From NCBI GenBank assembly GCA_964016885.1, contig OZ024742.1, positions 233,120,001 to 233,184,000 of the forward strand: 64,000 nt of DNA, in the 5' to 3' direction. Below, piece after piece: positions 40,295-51,829 of this stretch. The DNA comes from Eledone cirrhosa. Its lineage: Eukaryota. The number at the start of each line of letters is the position of its first letter. Position 1 is the first letter of the stretch. The notes beneath the pieces are model-generated. The model did no database searches. It was not told where the DNA came from and worked only from the letters and a program-made list of their open reading frames with translations. The translations under genes were made by a program, and so were the position numbers.

Positions 40295-41105
40295 TAATCT
40301 TCTTCTTCTCCTTGCTCTTGTTCGCTGAGACTGGGGTCATAATCATTCATAGAGCCGACCAGCTCCACAATTGCCCTCCATCGCTGGCGGTCCCATGCCA
40401 GCCACTTTGCATTTTCCAAGGTGACGTCGATCCTCTGGAGATCTTCCTTGAAGACACCCAGCCATTAGATGCGGGGCCTGCCCCGAGACCTCCTCCAACT
40501 TATGGCTCCAGCGTCGAACGAGAGTCCTGGTAGGATGATCTGGCGGCAGGCGAAGGACATGTCCTTATAAGCGCTATGTGGCGGAAGGCTGCGGACTGAT
40601 GCATGCGCGCACGCAACTCTTTGTTGGAAACGCGTTGGTACCATCTGATGCTTTTCAATGGTCCGCAGGGTTATTGAAGCCGTCGATCCTCTTTGCTAGG
40701 ATCTTTGTGAGGGCCCACGTTTCTGCTCCATAAATATGTTGTAGATACGGAGCTTCGTCTTCCGGGAGGTAGAGCAGTGGCGCCAAAGAGGCTTCCATAG
40801 GGAGTGTATGACCCTGGCGGCCAGACCACATCTACGGTTGATTTTCGGGATCAGTTCTCCATTGTTGGTGACTGTTTAGCTCAGGTAAATGAAGGAGCTG
40901 ACAAACTCCACGACGTTGGTGCCAATATGAAGCAGGGGCGGATCCGGGCCATCATTGACATGCATCAGCTTGGTCTTCGCCCAGCTTACCGGAAGGTCAA
41001 GCTTTGCTGAATCCTCCCGGTATATGGTCAGTGCGTCCCAGAGCTGATCGATCGAGTTGCTGAATAGAGTGGTGTCGTCCGCATACTCCACGTCAGTAAG
41101 ATGGT
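40295..41105 (-). mobile_element. 5'-truncated RTE-clade LINE
   Basis: EYADDTTL (RT), KTKLM, YGAETW, RGRP and DRQRWR motifs with frameshifts; short (GAA)n tail. Confidence 0.8.
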
Positions 41106-41189
41106 AACACGAGGAACTCGTGCAATAGACACATAAAATGAAATAATTAGGTTAATACATATGACAAGGTGCATGAATTCCAAAACAAC

Positions 41190-41412
41190 AATGATTTCTA
41201 ATCTAAGCACGAGATCTACAATATCATTTTTTGAGGGGAGAAGAGAAGTCGATTATATTGGCCCCAGTACTCTACTGATACTTTATTTTATAGACCACGA
41301 AAGGATGAAAGGTAAAGTTGACCACGGCACAATTTGAACCCAGAACTAAAATGCTGTTACCAATACTGCTAAGCATTTGTTCGAAGTTCTAACGACTCTG
41401 TCAATCCTCCGC
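41190..41412 (-). mobile_element. SINE family A (diverged)
   Basis: GAAAGGATGAAAGGTAAAGTTGACC..ATTTGAACCCAG. Confidence 0.75.
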
Positions 41413-41870
41413 CCCTCCATTCAACAAAGTATTCATATATATTATTTAACACTTATAGCATGATTGTTGAAACTGGATTCCAGTTTGAGCTTAATAATAT
41501 GACCTATGTTCTTAACAGAACTTCAACTCTGCACTAACCACACTATAGTTATTTGAATAGTGCTCTACAGCTGACAACATTGAGCCATACATATGCGATG
41601 ACAATGGTAGTTTGTTATGCTCAAATTTTACACAATACTAATTAAAGAATGCAGTTAGGGAAGTGGGTTGGCAAAAACATTAGAGCTTCGGACAAAACGA
41701 TTTGTGATATTTAGTTATGGCTCATTACGTTCTGGTTTCAAATCTCGCCGAGGTAAACTTTTCCTCTCATCTAAGAACTAGAGATTTTCAATACTTTCAG
41801 TAGTGCCTCCACAGCTACGTAAGCGCTATTGCTGGGATGAAGTCGATATCTTATTCTTTCAGTTAGTGTA

Positions 41871-42090
41871 CGGCGGTGGATTGGCAGTATCGATAGAGCG
41901 TTGGACAACATTCTTCGGAGCACAGAGTTACGGTCCTTTACGTTCTGAGTTCAAATTCCGCCGAGGTTAGCTTTGCCTTTCATCCTTACGGGGTCAATAA
42001 AATAAAGTACCAGTAATGTACTGGTGTCGATTTAATTGACTTTCCCTCTCCTTCAAGTTGCTGGCCTTGTGTCTAAATCAGAAACCATTC
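41871..42090 (+). mobile_element. SINE family A
   Basis: Full copy GGCGGTGGATTGGCAGTATCG..GCTGGCCTTGTG. Confidence 0.9.
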
Positions 42091-43544
42091 TTTCAGCTAG
42101 TGTGAACATATTGAGTTTAGAAATAACTAGGTATGACGGTGAAAAGCATAAAAGGAAAAGGAAAATAAAAACCAAGCGTTATAAATATCTAACCATTTTA
42201 ATGAAAATTATCTAGGAAATATATTTGGATAAGCCTACCAAATAATCTAAAATTAACATATAGTTTGCATACTAATTGTATATAAATAGGACTAAAACTG
42301 TTTTATCTTGTGTATTTCAATCAAATAAAATATTGCCTTAGGAAAATTTGCAGCTATGGCTTGTAATAATTGTGCGGCTTGAATAATTTTTACCATAATT
42401 AAAAAAGAAATTAGGTCAAACTTGCTTAACATAATAGTTAATACTACAACCAAAATAGTATGGTTAAGAGAAATGAGTATGATATAAGTATAACTTATCA
42501 CTAAAGATATATAAAGAAATTAAAAATAACTTAGCACTAAAGAAAACTAATACAGTAGCTGTCAGAACTCACTTAATCCAACCCACAAATGTTGAGTTAA
42601 TGCGGATTAATTTAATAGCGTTCCGATTAATTCAACAAGACATCTATGAAATTACTTGCTATTGTTTGTCGGTTAGGAATTACATTGTTATAATACATAT
42701 AAATACTAGTCTGCCCTTGAAAATGTGTGTCTGCCACCACCATCTCCCGCCCCCCCACTCCCTCGGCTTTGACTCGTTTTCACCGCTCTGTCACCTACCC
42801 TTTTCTGACCGGTGATTTTGACATATACCCCCACTCCTCTTAGTCCTTCTTTAAGACTCTGCCACCACCACCATCTCACACTCCCTATACTACACACCGC
42901 CATTTCTCTATTCCATTTAACCACCACTACATGCGTCCCCCACCCCCGTTCATAACCACTTCCTCCTTCCACCTCTGTCCTCTACACTTTTCTGATCGTT
43001 GTATTTAACACACCCTCACACCCTCTAGTTCTTCTTCAGAACTCTGCCACCCCCTCTCTCTCTCACTCTCTCCCTCTCTCTTTATCTATCTCAATCATAC
43101 ACACACCCCCACACTCTCCCTGATACTACCCACAAGTCCTTTCTCACTACAGCCATACCTACCTACACGGATACACCTCTCTCATTTAACTCGTCTTTCA
43201 AACTCCTGGATTTTACCCACCTCGGAGTTTACGCACATGCACACATACAACCAACAGCCATACATCTCTGCCAAACACACATAGCAGAATACACACACTT
43301 ACACATATGTATAAACACATATCTCCACCAAAAACACACCTAACATCCATACATAAGCACACGCACCGTGATGTGCACCCCACCTACACATAAACATCCA
43401 CTGCACCCCCCCCCCCCCCCCACTAGGATACCGCACCACGCCCTTTCTTATTTTTCTTATTCCTAATTTTTTGTACCCTATTTAGTTTTTGTTTTTTTGC
43501 AGTTTTCTTTCCTTAACATTTTTTGTTTACTATTTTCCCTTTGT

Positions 43545-43582
43545 GTCATTCCTGCTGAAGGGCAAATGCCCGATACGTTGAC
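43545..43582 (+). ncRNA. Decayed minimal hammerhead at the end of an older pLTR-like, C/A-rich repeat (~42720-43660)
   Basis: GTCA..CTGCTGA-A-GGGC-AAAT-GCCC-GATA-CG-TTGAC, with two core substitutions; downstream AATAAA then (TA)n. Confidence 0.5.
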
Positions 43583-43692
43583 TATATTACTTTTTCTCCA
43601 AGCGTGAAACTAATAAACTTTGTTATTGTATCTTCTTGTTCGTTCGTTTCGTTTGAACTTATATATATATATATTTCGTTTCTGAATTTGTT

Positions 43693-45304
43693 GGATTTTG
43701 CTGTGGAGAAATGCGTAGAAATGATCAGTGAGAGCAAGGTTGAGTTCCGTGGGATTGATACCAGTGAGCTGGGACTTCTACTTACCTATAGTAATAGTTA
43801 CCTAGACACATATGACCTTAGCAACCTGTGCCCTACAAGACCAGCAAGAGGCAGACCACCTACCATTACCTCAATGGCCAAGAAAACCCACACAGATAGA
43901 TGGAACGGGTGGACCAGAGCCATACGGACACCCGAAAACCACGATGAACTGAAGAAAATGATTGCACATGCGGTAGGGGCCAGCATAAAACTAACCCTTA
44001 AGGAACATATGCTCAAATTTAATGGAAAAACATATGCCCAAGAGGAAGGAGCAGCCATTGGTGTTAGCATTGCAGGCGACATAGCTAACTTATTCATGGT
44101 ATGGTGGGACAGTAGACTTAAACTTAAACTTAAAGAACAATTAGAAGACCCCTTAACCCTGATAATGTACTCCCGCTACGTAGATGATATAAACATCGTA
44201 GTTAAGACACCCCCACTAGAGAACAGCCAGGAACTAGAGAAAAACACAATGGAAAGCATCCAGCAAATAGCAAACTCCATCCACCAGAGCATTAGAGTTA
44301 CTATAGACTACCCAAGTAGACACCCCAACCATCGATTACCTGTACTAGACACAGAGCTCTGGTTAGATACCATTAACAACAAAAAACAAATCCTCCATTC
44401 CCATTATGCCAAACCCATGACTTCCAAACATCTGATCCACCGAAACTCGGCCATTTCGGACCATACCAAAATCAACATACTGATTGCGGATTTGGTACGG
44501 GTGATGAGAAATGTGTCCCGCATGTGCAACCCCGAAGAACTAGAGAGACACATACAACACTTCATCCACCGTATGCAGTTCTCTGGCTACAATCAGAGAG
44601 ATAGAATCAGAGTGTATAGAGGAGCCAGAACCAAATGGGAAAAAATGGTAAATAATGACATAAATGGGACCTACCCCTTGTATAGGAGCAAATTTTGGAA
44701 TAGAATAGAAAGAACTAGGAACAAGGCTAATAGAATAAACTCATGGTATGATAGCAATAAATACCAGAGTGTAATGTTCATCGATACAACCCCTAGAGGC
44801 GAACTAGCCTACAAATTTAGAAGGGCCCTAAATAAACATAAACTCAATATTAAGATAGTAGAAAGACCAGGTACCTCCGTAAAAACACTTATTAGCAAGA
44901 CATACCCTTTTCAAAGACCCTCATGTATAGATAAGAAATGTATAACCTGTAAAATAAGCCCCCATATTAACTGTAAAACTAGAAATGTAGTGTATAGCAT
45001 AAGATGTACTGAAGGACAATGTAGAGACAAAAATATAGTGTACATAGGTGAGACAGCTCGTAGTATAGGGGAACGGATAAATGAACACTGGCGAGACCTT
45101 CAAGATAATGAATCATCTGTACTCTACCAACATGCTAAGATAGAACACAAGGGTAAATTAGAGAAGATAGAAATAAAAATAGAATCTACACACAGAAAAG
45201 ATGCAATGTTTAGACAAATTACAGAGGCAATAAACATAAAAGAATTACAACCAAAATTAAATAGAAAATATGAGTGGAACAGCAACATCACAACTTACAA
45301 TTAA
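43693..45304 (+). CDS. Partial Penelope-like reverse transcriptase / GIY-YIG endonuclease
   Basis: Uninterrupted ~536 codons. Homology starts mid-RT (DFAVEKCVEM); the first ~30 aa of the 43604 ORF are flanking sequence. Confidence 0.85.
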
Positions 45305-45520
45305 GGACAAAATGAAAACACACACACACATAGAACAAACAACCAACCAGTAACATGTAAATAAATAAATAAATAAATAAACAAATAGATAAATGAACAT
45401 AAACAAACACAGACACCCGGATGTGGCGCATGCGCAGACTGAGCACACAACACACACACAGAAACAAAATGGCGTAGGACAGAACAAAGGAGAGGCACAG
45501 AAACAAAGAAAGGAATCCCC

Positions 45521-45565
45521 AGTCACTGAAGAGGTCACAGAGTGTGTGACGAAAGGACTATGACT
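45521..45565 (+). ncRNA. Minimal type I hammerhead ribozyme (pLTR A)
   Basis: AGTCA-CTGAAGA-G-GTCAC-AGAGTGT-GTGAC-GAAA-GGAC-TA-TGACT. Confidence 0.85.
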
Positions 45566-45786
45566 ATATATAAACAACTATCTGGTTGTGGAACCAACCA
45601 ACCAACCAGAAATTTATAAATTTATAAATTTGTAAATTTATAAATATATAATAAACTGAAGTGATAGTAACTGGTGCGTGTGTTTCTTATTGGCAACATG
45701 ACCCTCCCAAAGTATAACAATATATATATATCGTTTCTGAATTTGTTTAGCAAGATTCTTTATCTGAAATCGTGTGTTGAAACCGA

Positions 45787-47085
45787 TATTGTTATACTTT
45801 GGGAGGGTCATGTTGCCAATAAGAAACACACGCACCAGTTGCTTTCACTTCAATTTATTATATATTTATAAATTCATAAATTTATAAATTTACAAATCTA
45901 CAAACTTATAAATTTCTGGTTGGTTGGTTGGTTCCACAACCAGATAGTTGTTTATATATATAGTCATAGTCCTTTCGTCACACACTCTGTGACCTCTTCA
46001 GTGACTGGGGATTCCTTTCTTCGTTTCTGTGCCTTTCCTTTCTTCTATCCTACGCCATTTTGTTTCTGTGTGTGTGTTGTGTGCTCAGTTTGCGCATGCG
46101 CCACATCCGGGTGTCTGTGTGTGTTTGTGTTCATTTTTTATTTTTCTATTTATATTTTTCTATTTGTTTATTTATTTATTTATTTATTGTTGGTTGGTTG
46201 TTTGTTCTATGTGTGTGTGTGTTTTCATTTTGTCCTGTGTGTGTTTTCATTTTGTCCTGTGTGTGTTTTCATTTTGTCCTGTGTGTGTTTTCATTTTGTG
46301 TGTGTTTTCAATTGTAAGTTGTTTGTTCTATGTGTGTGTGTGTTTTCATTTTGTCCTTAATTGTAAGTTGTGATGTTGCTGTTCCACTCATATTTTCTAT
46401 TTAATTTTGGTTATAATTCTTTTATGCTTACTGCCTCTGTAATTTGCCTAAACATTGCATCTTTTCTGTGTGTGGATTCTATTTTTATTTCTATGCTCTC
46501 TAATCTACCCCTGTGTTCTATCTTAGCATGTTGGTAGAGCACAGATGATTCTTTATTATCTTGGAGGTCTCGCCAGTGTTCATTTATTCGTTCCCCTATA
46601 CTACGAGCTGTCTCACCTATGTCCACTATATTTTTGTTTCTACATTGTCCTTCAGTACATCTTATGCTATACACTACATTTCTAGTTTTACAGTTAATAT
46701 GGGGGCTTATTTTACAGGTTATACATTTATCTATACATGAGGGTCTTTGAAAAGGGTATGTCTTGCTAATAAGTGTTTTTACGGAGGTACCTGGTCTTTC
46801 TACTATCTTAATATTGAGTTTATGTTTATTTAGGGCCCTTCTAAATTTGTAGGCTAGTTCGCCTCTAGGGGTTGTATTGATGAACATTGCACTCTGGTAT
46901 TTATTGCTATCATACCATGAGTTTATTCTATTGGCCTTGTTCCTAGTTCTTTCTATTCTATTCCAAAATTTGCTCCTATACAAGGGGCAGGTCCCATTTA
47001 TGTCATTATTTACCATTTTTTCTTATCATTTTTTTTTTTTCATTTTTTCCCATTTGGTTCTGGCTCCTTTATACACTCTGATTAT
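45787..47085 (-). mobile_element. Penelope-like copy B (endonuclease + pLTR, inverted)
   Basis: Reverse complement of the copy C / copy A 3' region; YIG mutated to DIG and a premature TAA. Confidence 0.93.
45962..46006 (-). ncRNA. Minimal type I hammerhead ribozyme (pLTR B)
   Basis: Exact reverse complement of 45521-45565. Confidence 0.85.
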
Positions 47086-47112
47086 ATCAGCCAGATTCTA
47101 CCAGATTCTATC

Positions 47113-48338
47113 AGCCAGAACCAAATGGGAAAAAATGGTAAATAATGACATAAATGGGACCTGCCCCTTGTATAGGAGCAAATTTTGGAATAGAATAGAA
47201 ATAACTAGGAACAAGGCCAATAGAATAAACTCATGGTATGATAGCAATAAATACCAGAGTGTAATGTTCATCAATACAACCCCTAGAGGCGAACTAGCCT
47301 ACAAATTTAGAAGGGCCCTAAATAAACATAATCTCAATATTAAGATAGTAGAAAGACCTGGTACCTCCGTAGAAACACTTATTAGCAAGACATACCCGTT
47401 CCAAAGACCCTCATGTATAGATAAGAAATGTATAACCTGTAAAATAAGCCCCCATATTAACTGTAAAACTAGAAATGTAGTGTATAGCATAAGATGTACT
47501 GAAGGACAATGTAGAAACAAAAATATAGTGGACATAGGTGAGACAGCTCGTAGTATAGGGGAACGAATAAATGAACACTGGCGAGACCTCCAAGATAATA
47601 AAGAATCATCTGTGCTCTACCAACATGCTAAGATAGAACACAGGGGTAGATTAGAGAGCATAGAAATAAAAATAGAATCCACACACAGAAAAGATGCAAT
47701 GTTTAGGCAAATTACAGAGGCAGTAAGCATAAAAGAATTATAACCAAAATTAAATAGAAAATATGAGTGGAACAGCAACATCACAACTTACAATTAAGGA
47801 CAAAATGAAAACACACACACACATAGAACAAACAACTTACAATTGAAAACACACACAAAATGAAAACACACACAGGACAAAATGAAAACACACACAGGAC
47901 AAAATGAAAACACACACACACATAGAACAAACAACCAACCAACAATAAATAAATAAATAAATAAACAAATAGAAAAATATAAATAGAAAAATAAAAAATG
48001 AACACAAACACACACAGACACCCGGATGTGGCGCATGCGCAAACTGAGCACACAACACACACACAGAAACAAAATGGCGTAGGATAGAAGAAAGGAAAGG
48101 CACAGAAACGAAGAAAGGAATCCCCAGTCACTGAAGAGGTCACAGAGTGTGTGACGAAAGGACTATGACTATATATATAAACAACTATCTGGTTGTGGAA
48201 CCAACCAACCAACCAGAAATTTATAAGTTTGTAGATTTGTAAATTTGTAAATTTATGAATTTATAAATATATAATAAATTGAAGTGAAAGCAACTGGTGC
48301 GTGTGTTTCTTATTGGCAACATGACCCTCCCAAAGTAT

Positions 48339-48342
<4 letters not shown>
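47113..48342 (+). mobile_element. Penelope-like copy C (endonuclease + pLTR)
   Basis: Nearly identical to copy B, shares its lesions, and ends at (TA)n. Confidence 0.93.
48126..48170 (+). ncRNA. Minimal type I hammerhead ribozyme (pLTR C)
   Basis: Identical to 45521-45565. Confidence 0.85.
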
Positions 48343-48377
<35 letters not shown>

Positions 48378-49631
48378 TAGTACCACAACACTCTGCGCTC
48401 TGAGTTCAAATCCCTCCAAGGTCAACTTTGTTTTCATCCTTTCGAGATCGATAAAAAAATGTATCTGTCCAGTACTGGGTCCGATTATTACTTTATATCT
48501 TTTTCTCACTTCCTATTTATCACTATCTCTCTCCTCCCCTGGAAGAAATCGGCCGTGTTCAGACCTGGAAAGGAGATGGCCTCTGCCAGGTTTAAAGTGC
48601 TCAAGGATTGCCGTATGTCAGCGATTTTTTTCTGTTTTGAAGTAGACTTGTGGAATTTTCCCGGTTATAAAACACTTTTATTTTGAAGAAGCTCTTTCTC
48701 AAGTCGTATGAGAAACTTAGATATATAAATAAAGTACCATTAAAGTACTGATTTGATTTAATAGTCTTTCCCCTTTCCTGAAATCACTGGCCTCGTGCCT
48801 GTGTTAGAAACCATTAAAGGGAATGTACCGATAGGTTGTGTCACAAAATCACGTTCTACCTTCGGGAATACCAACAAATATCTAAATATGTCATAGTTAT
48901 CTCCCATGCATTGCAAATGTCATACAGTTGACTATTTAAACCCAAGTGTTTCCTGCCGTCATTTTCTCATTGTTTCTGTCGATTGTAGTTTATTTCTCCG
49001 AATCACTGTATATCTCTCTCCACACACGCATACACAACTACATACACAACTCCACACACACATAGAAACAAACTTGTAAATTAAGATAAACGTATTTAGG
49101 ACACTCCACCGCGACATAACCACTCATAAATCAAGGAGATACAATAATGTATACAGCAATATAATATCGGAAACTTAATTTTAATATTTGGTTTCTTCTT
49201 AACGAAGTAGATGGCAGCGAATTGGTGATGTCATTAGACCGAAGGATAGAATGCTTTGCGGTATTCATTATGGTCCTCTGAGTTCAAATCTTGCCGATGT
49301 CATCGTTGACATTTATCCTTTTGAGATCGATAAAAATAAATACTAGTCCAATACTGGCATCAATTGTTCCTCTTTATATCTATTTCTTGTCAATATGGCG
49401 ACCCTACGACTCCACCAGGAGATACGGGTACATACAAACATAACGAAGTGAAACACGTTAGAACTTTCATTCATTCACATTCATTAAATGTTGTTAATAT
49501 GTTACATTTATTTTGGTCGTTCCAATTATTCATTAATTGAGCAATTAAATGATGATACTGGCTATCTTATATTTAATGCTGATGCATCGCGTGATTTATA
49601 TGAACTCTAACAACTGGTGTTAATCAATAAA

Positions 49632-49840
49632 GGGCGGTGGATTGGCAGTATCGGTAGAGAGTCGGACACCATGCTTTGAAGCATAGAGTTACGTCCCTTT
49701 ATAATCTGAGTTCAAATCCCGCCGAGGTTAACTTTGCCTTTCATCCTTACAGGGTCGATAAAATAAAGTACCAGTAATGTACTGTAATTACAGTAATGTA
49801 CAGTAATTGCTGGCCTTGTGCCTAAAATAGAAACAATTAT
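49632..49840 (+). mobile_element. SINE family A
   Basis: Near-consensus full copy. Confidence 0.9.
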
Positions 49841-49879
49841 GGTGTTAATCCGGATTTCGTATGTCATATGCATCCACCA

Positions 49880-50033
49880 GGTGGCGAATCGGCAGAGTCG
49901 TTAGAACGTCGGGTAGAATACTTTGGTGGTATTCGTTCCGGCTCTCTGAGTTCAAATCCCTCTGAGGTCAAGTAAAAAAAAGTACCAGTGAAGTACTGAA
50001 GGTCGATTTTCCCTCTATATCTCTTTCTCGCTT

Positions 50034-50102
<69 letters not shown>

Positions 50103-50255
50103 TTCTATCTTTCTCTGGGAGAGATATGCTGTACTTAGGCCTAGAGAGGGGCGGGCTCCGCCAGGCTTTAAATGCCCCAGAAACACCGCACGTGTATGTT
50201 AATACGGCGCCCCTAAGACTCCCACAGGGGTTAAGGGACCATACCATACCACCAT
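49880..50255 (+). mobile_element. SINE with family A-like head, (TC)n linker and alternative tail
   Basis: Tail ..GGCGCCCCTAAGACTCCCACAGGGGTTAAGGGACC(ATACC)n is shared with four other loci. Confidence 0.7.
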
Positions 50256-50661
50256 GCAACCACCAGATTCGCAGACAATTCTAACAAGTGTTCTTGGACA
50301 GTGCCTACAACAATGATCTTCACGACGTTCTGCAGAACTTCAGCATAACCGTTGTTAACTGGGCAATCGTTCCTACTACATCTTATTCTGCAAAGCGCCC
50401 TTAAGCAGTTTCAGATCAATCAAGACATACATGAGTGGTACAATGTGTCGTATACCACCAAATTTATTGGTAGAGATGTTGACCAAATAATTGATATTTT
50501 TTGCAGCAAAGGAAGGCAGATAACATATATTCTAAGCGGCATGTTGGGATTTTCTTAATTGTGTATCGCCGACTGATTAGAGATTAATGATTGTGTTTTT
50601 AGCTGTGTAAAATTTCAGACAACTCAGTCCCACTTTCCCAACCAAAGAATCCCATACTTCC

Positions 50662-50796
<135 letters not shown>

Positions 50797-50907
50797 AATG
50801 AGTTATACCAACGAGTTATATGGTTTGTTGATTATCATTCAACATAGTTAAATTTATAATAGATTTGAAATACTCTACAGGATTTTCTGGAGTATTATTA
50901 GTATTAA

Positions 50908-51095
50908 GCGGTGAATTGGCAGTATCGGTAGAGGGTTTGACGCCATGCTTTCTAGCATAGTTACGTCCCTTTACAGTCTGAGTTCAAATCCCGCCGAGGT
51001 TAACTTTGCCTTTCATCCTTACGGGGTCGATAAAATAAAATACCAGTAATGTACTGAGAAATTGCTGGCCTTGTGCCTAAAGTAGAAACAATTAT
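50908..51095 (+). mobile_element. SINE family A
   Basis: Near-consensus full copy. Confidence 0.9.
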
Positions 51096-51148
51096 TAGTA
51101 TTAACAATATTAATAAATGGAAAATATCTTTATAATACTATATTTATT

Positions 51149-51200
51149 TTATTATACGTATTTCAAGAACACAAAATTTTAGTGTGCTTTCATCAGATAA
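51149..51200 (-). ncRNA. Minimal type I hammerhead ribozyme with intact core
   Basis: TTAT-CTGATGA-AAG.CACA-loop-TGTG..CTT-GAAA-TACGTA-TA-ATAA, with palindromic stem III. Confidence 0.75.
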
Positions 51201-51442
51201 GATATAATATTTGGTGTTAAGATATTGACATACCTTGGCGTAGACTTAATAGTATAAACTCGCTAACGACCGCCACGCGGCCAATATAAATACGTTATTT
51301 TCCAAAATGTATCTAGTGTCTATAATAACGGCCCTTTTCTGTTTTAATGTATCCTTGTTAACTTATATCCCTTGTGATTTTGAAATTTTACCTCAATGCC
51401 GTTATGTATGTATGTATGTATGTATGTATGTATGTATGTATG

Positions 51443-51786
51443 TTCTTCTGGTTTTATAATTTCACAAATTTTTTCCCAATAGAGAGAGTCGGTTTCTAAC
51501 ATAGACACAAGACTCTCTCATTGGAATTTACATAACATCAACTAGGTAGATTATGTATGCATGTGTAGATATGGATGTTATTGTATGTGTGGATGTGTAT
51601 GTTTTGAGTTGTATGTGTGCATGTGTATATATGCTTTGTATCTGTACATGTGTATATGCAGTTATTAGATGCAAAATTTTTGGAATGTTTTACATATTTT
51701 TACTGTTCCATTAATGGATTGTACTTGTAATTTCCTAACTAGTTGTGTTCTTTCTGTTCATGTGAAGCCCAGCGTTTCAAGATTTG
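51443..51786 (-). mobile_element. 5'-truncated tandem copy of the R4-like element
   Basis: Duplicates 51830-52185, between (TATG)n tracts at 51403-51443 and 51787-51829. Confidence 0.9.
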
Positions 51787-51829
51787 TATGTATGTATGTA
51801 TGTATGTATGTATGTATGTATGTATGTAT

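Larger units (their letters stand above)
43676..45720 (+). mobile_element. Penelope-like element copy A (5'-truncated RT + GIY-YIG ORF + pLTR)
   Basis: Open frame to 45304 with QEEGAAIG, RYVDD, LPVLD, CxxxxCxxC linker, VVYSIRC..YIGETARS and RQITEAINI..LNRKYEWN; starts and ends at (TA)n. Confidence 0.93.

Noticed and set aside
43604-43692. Apparent N-terminus of the 566-aa ORF
   Set aside because: GTG start in flanking repeat and (TA)n. The RT lacks its N-terminal motifs, so this is not an intact autonomous gene.
45920-46373. Hydrophobic Cys/Phe/Val ORFs (also 45257-45577, 47781-48212)
   Set aside because: Antisense translations of the AC-rich Penelope pLTR.
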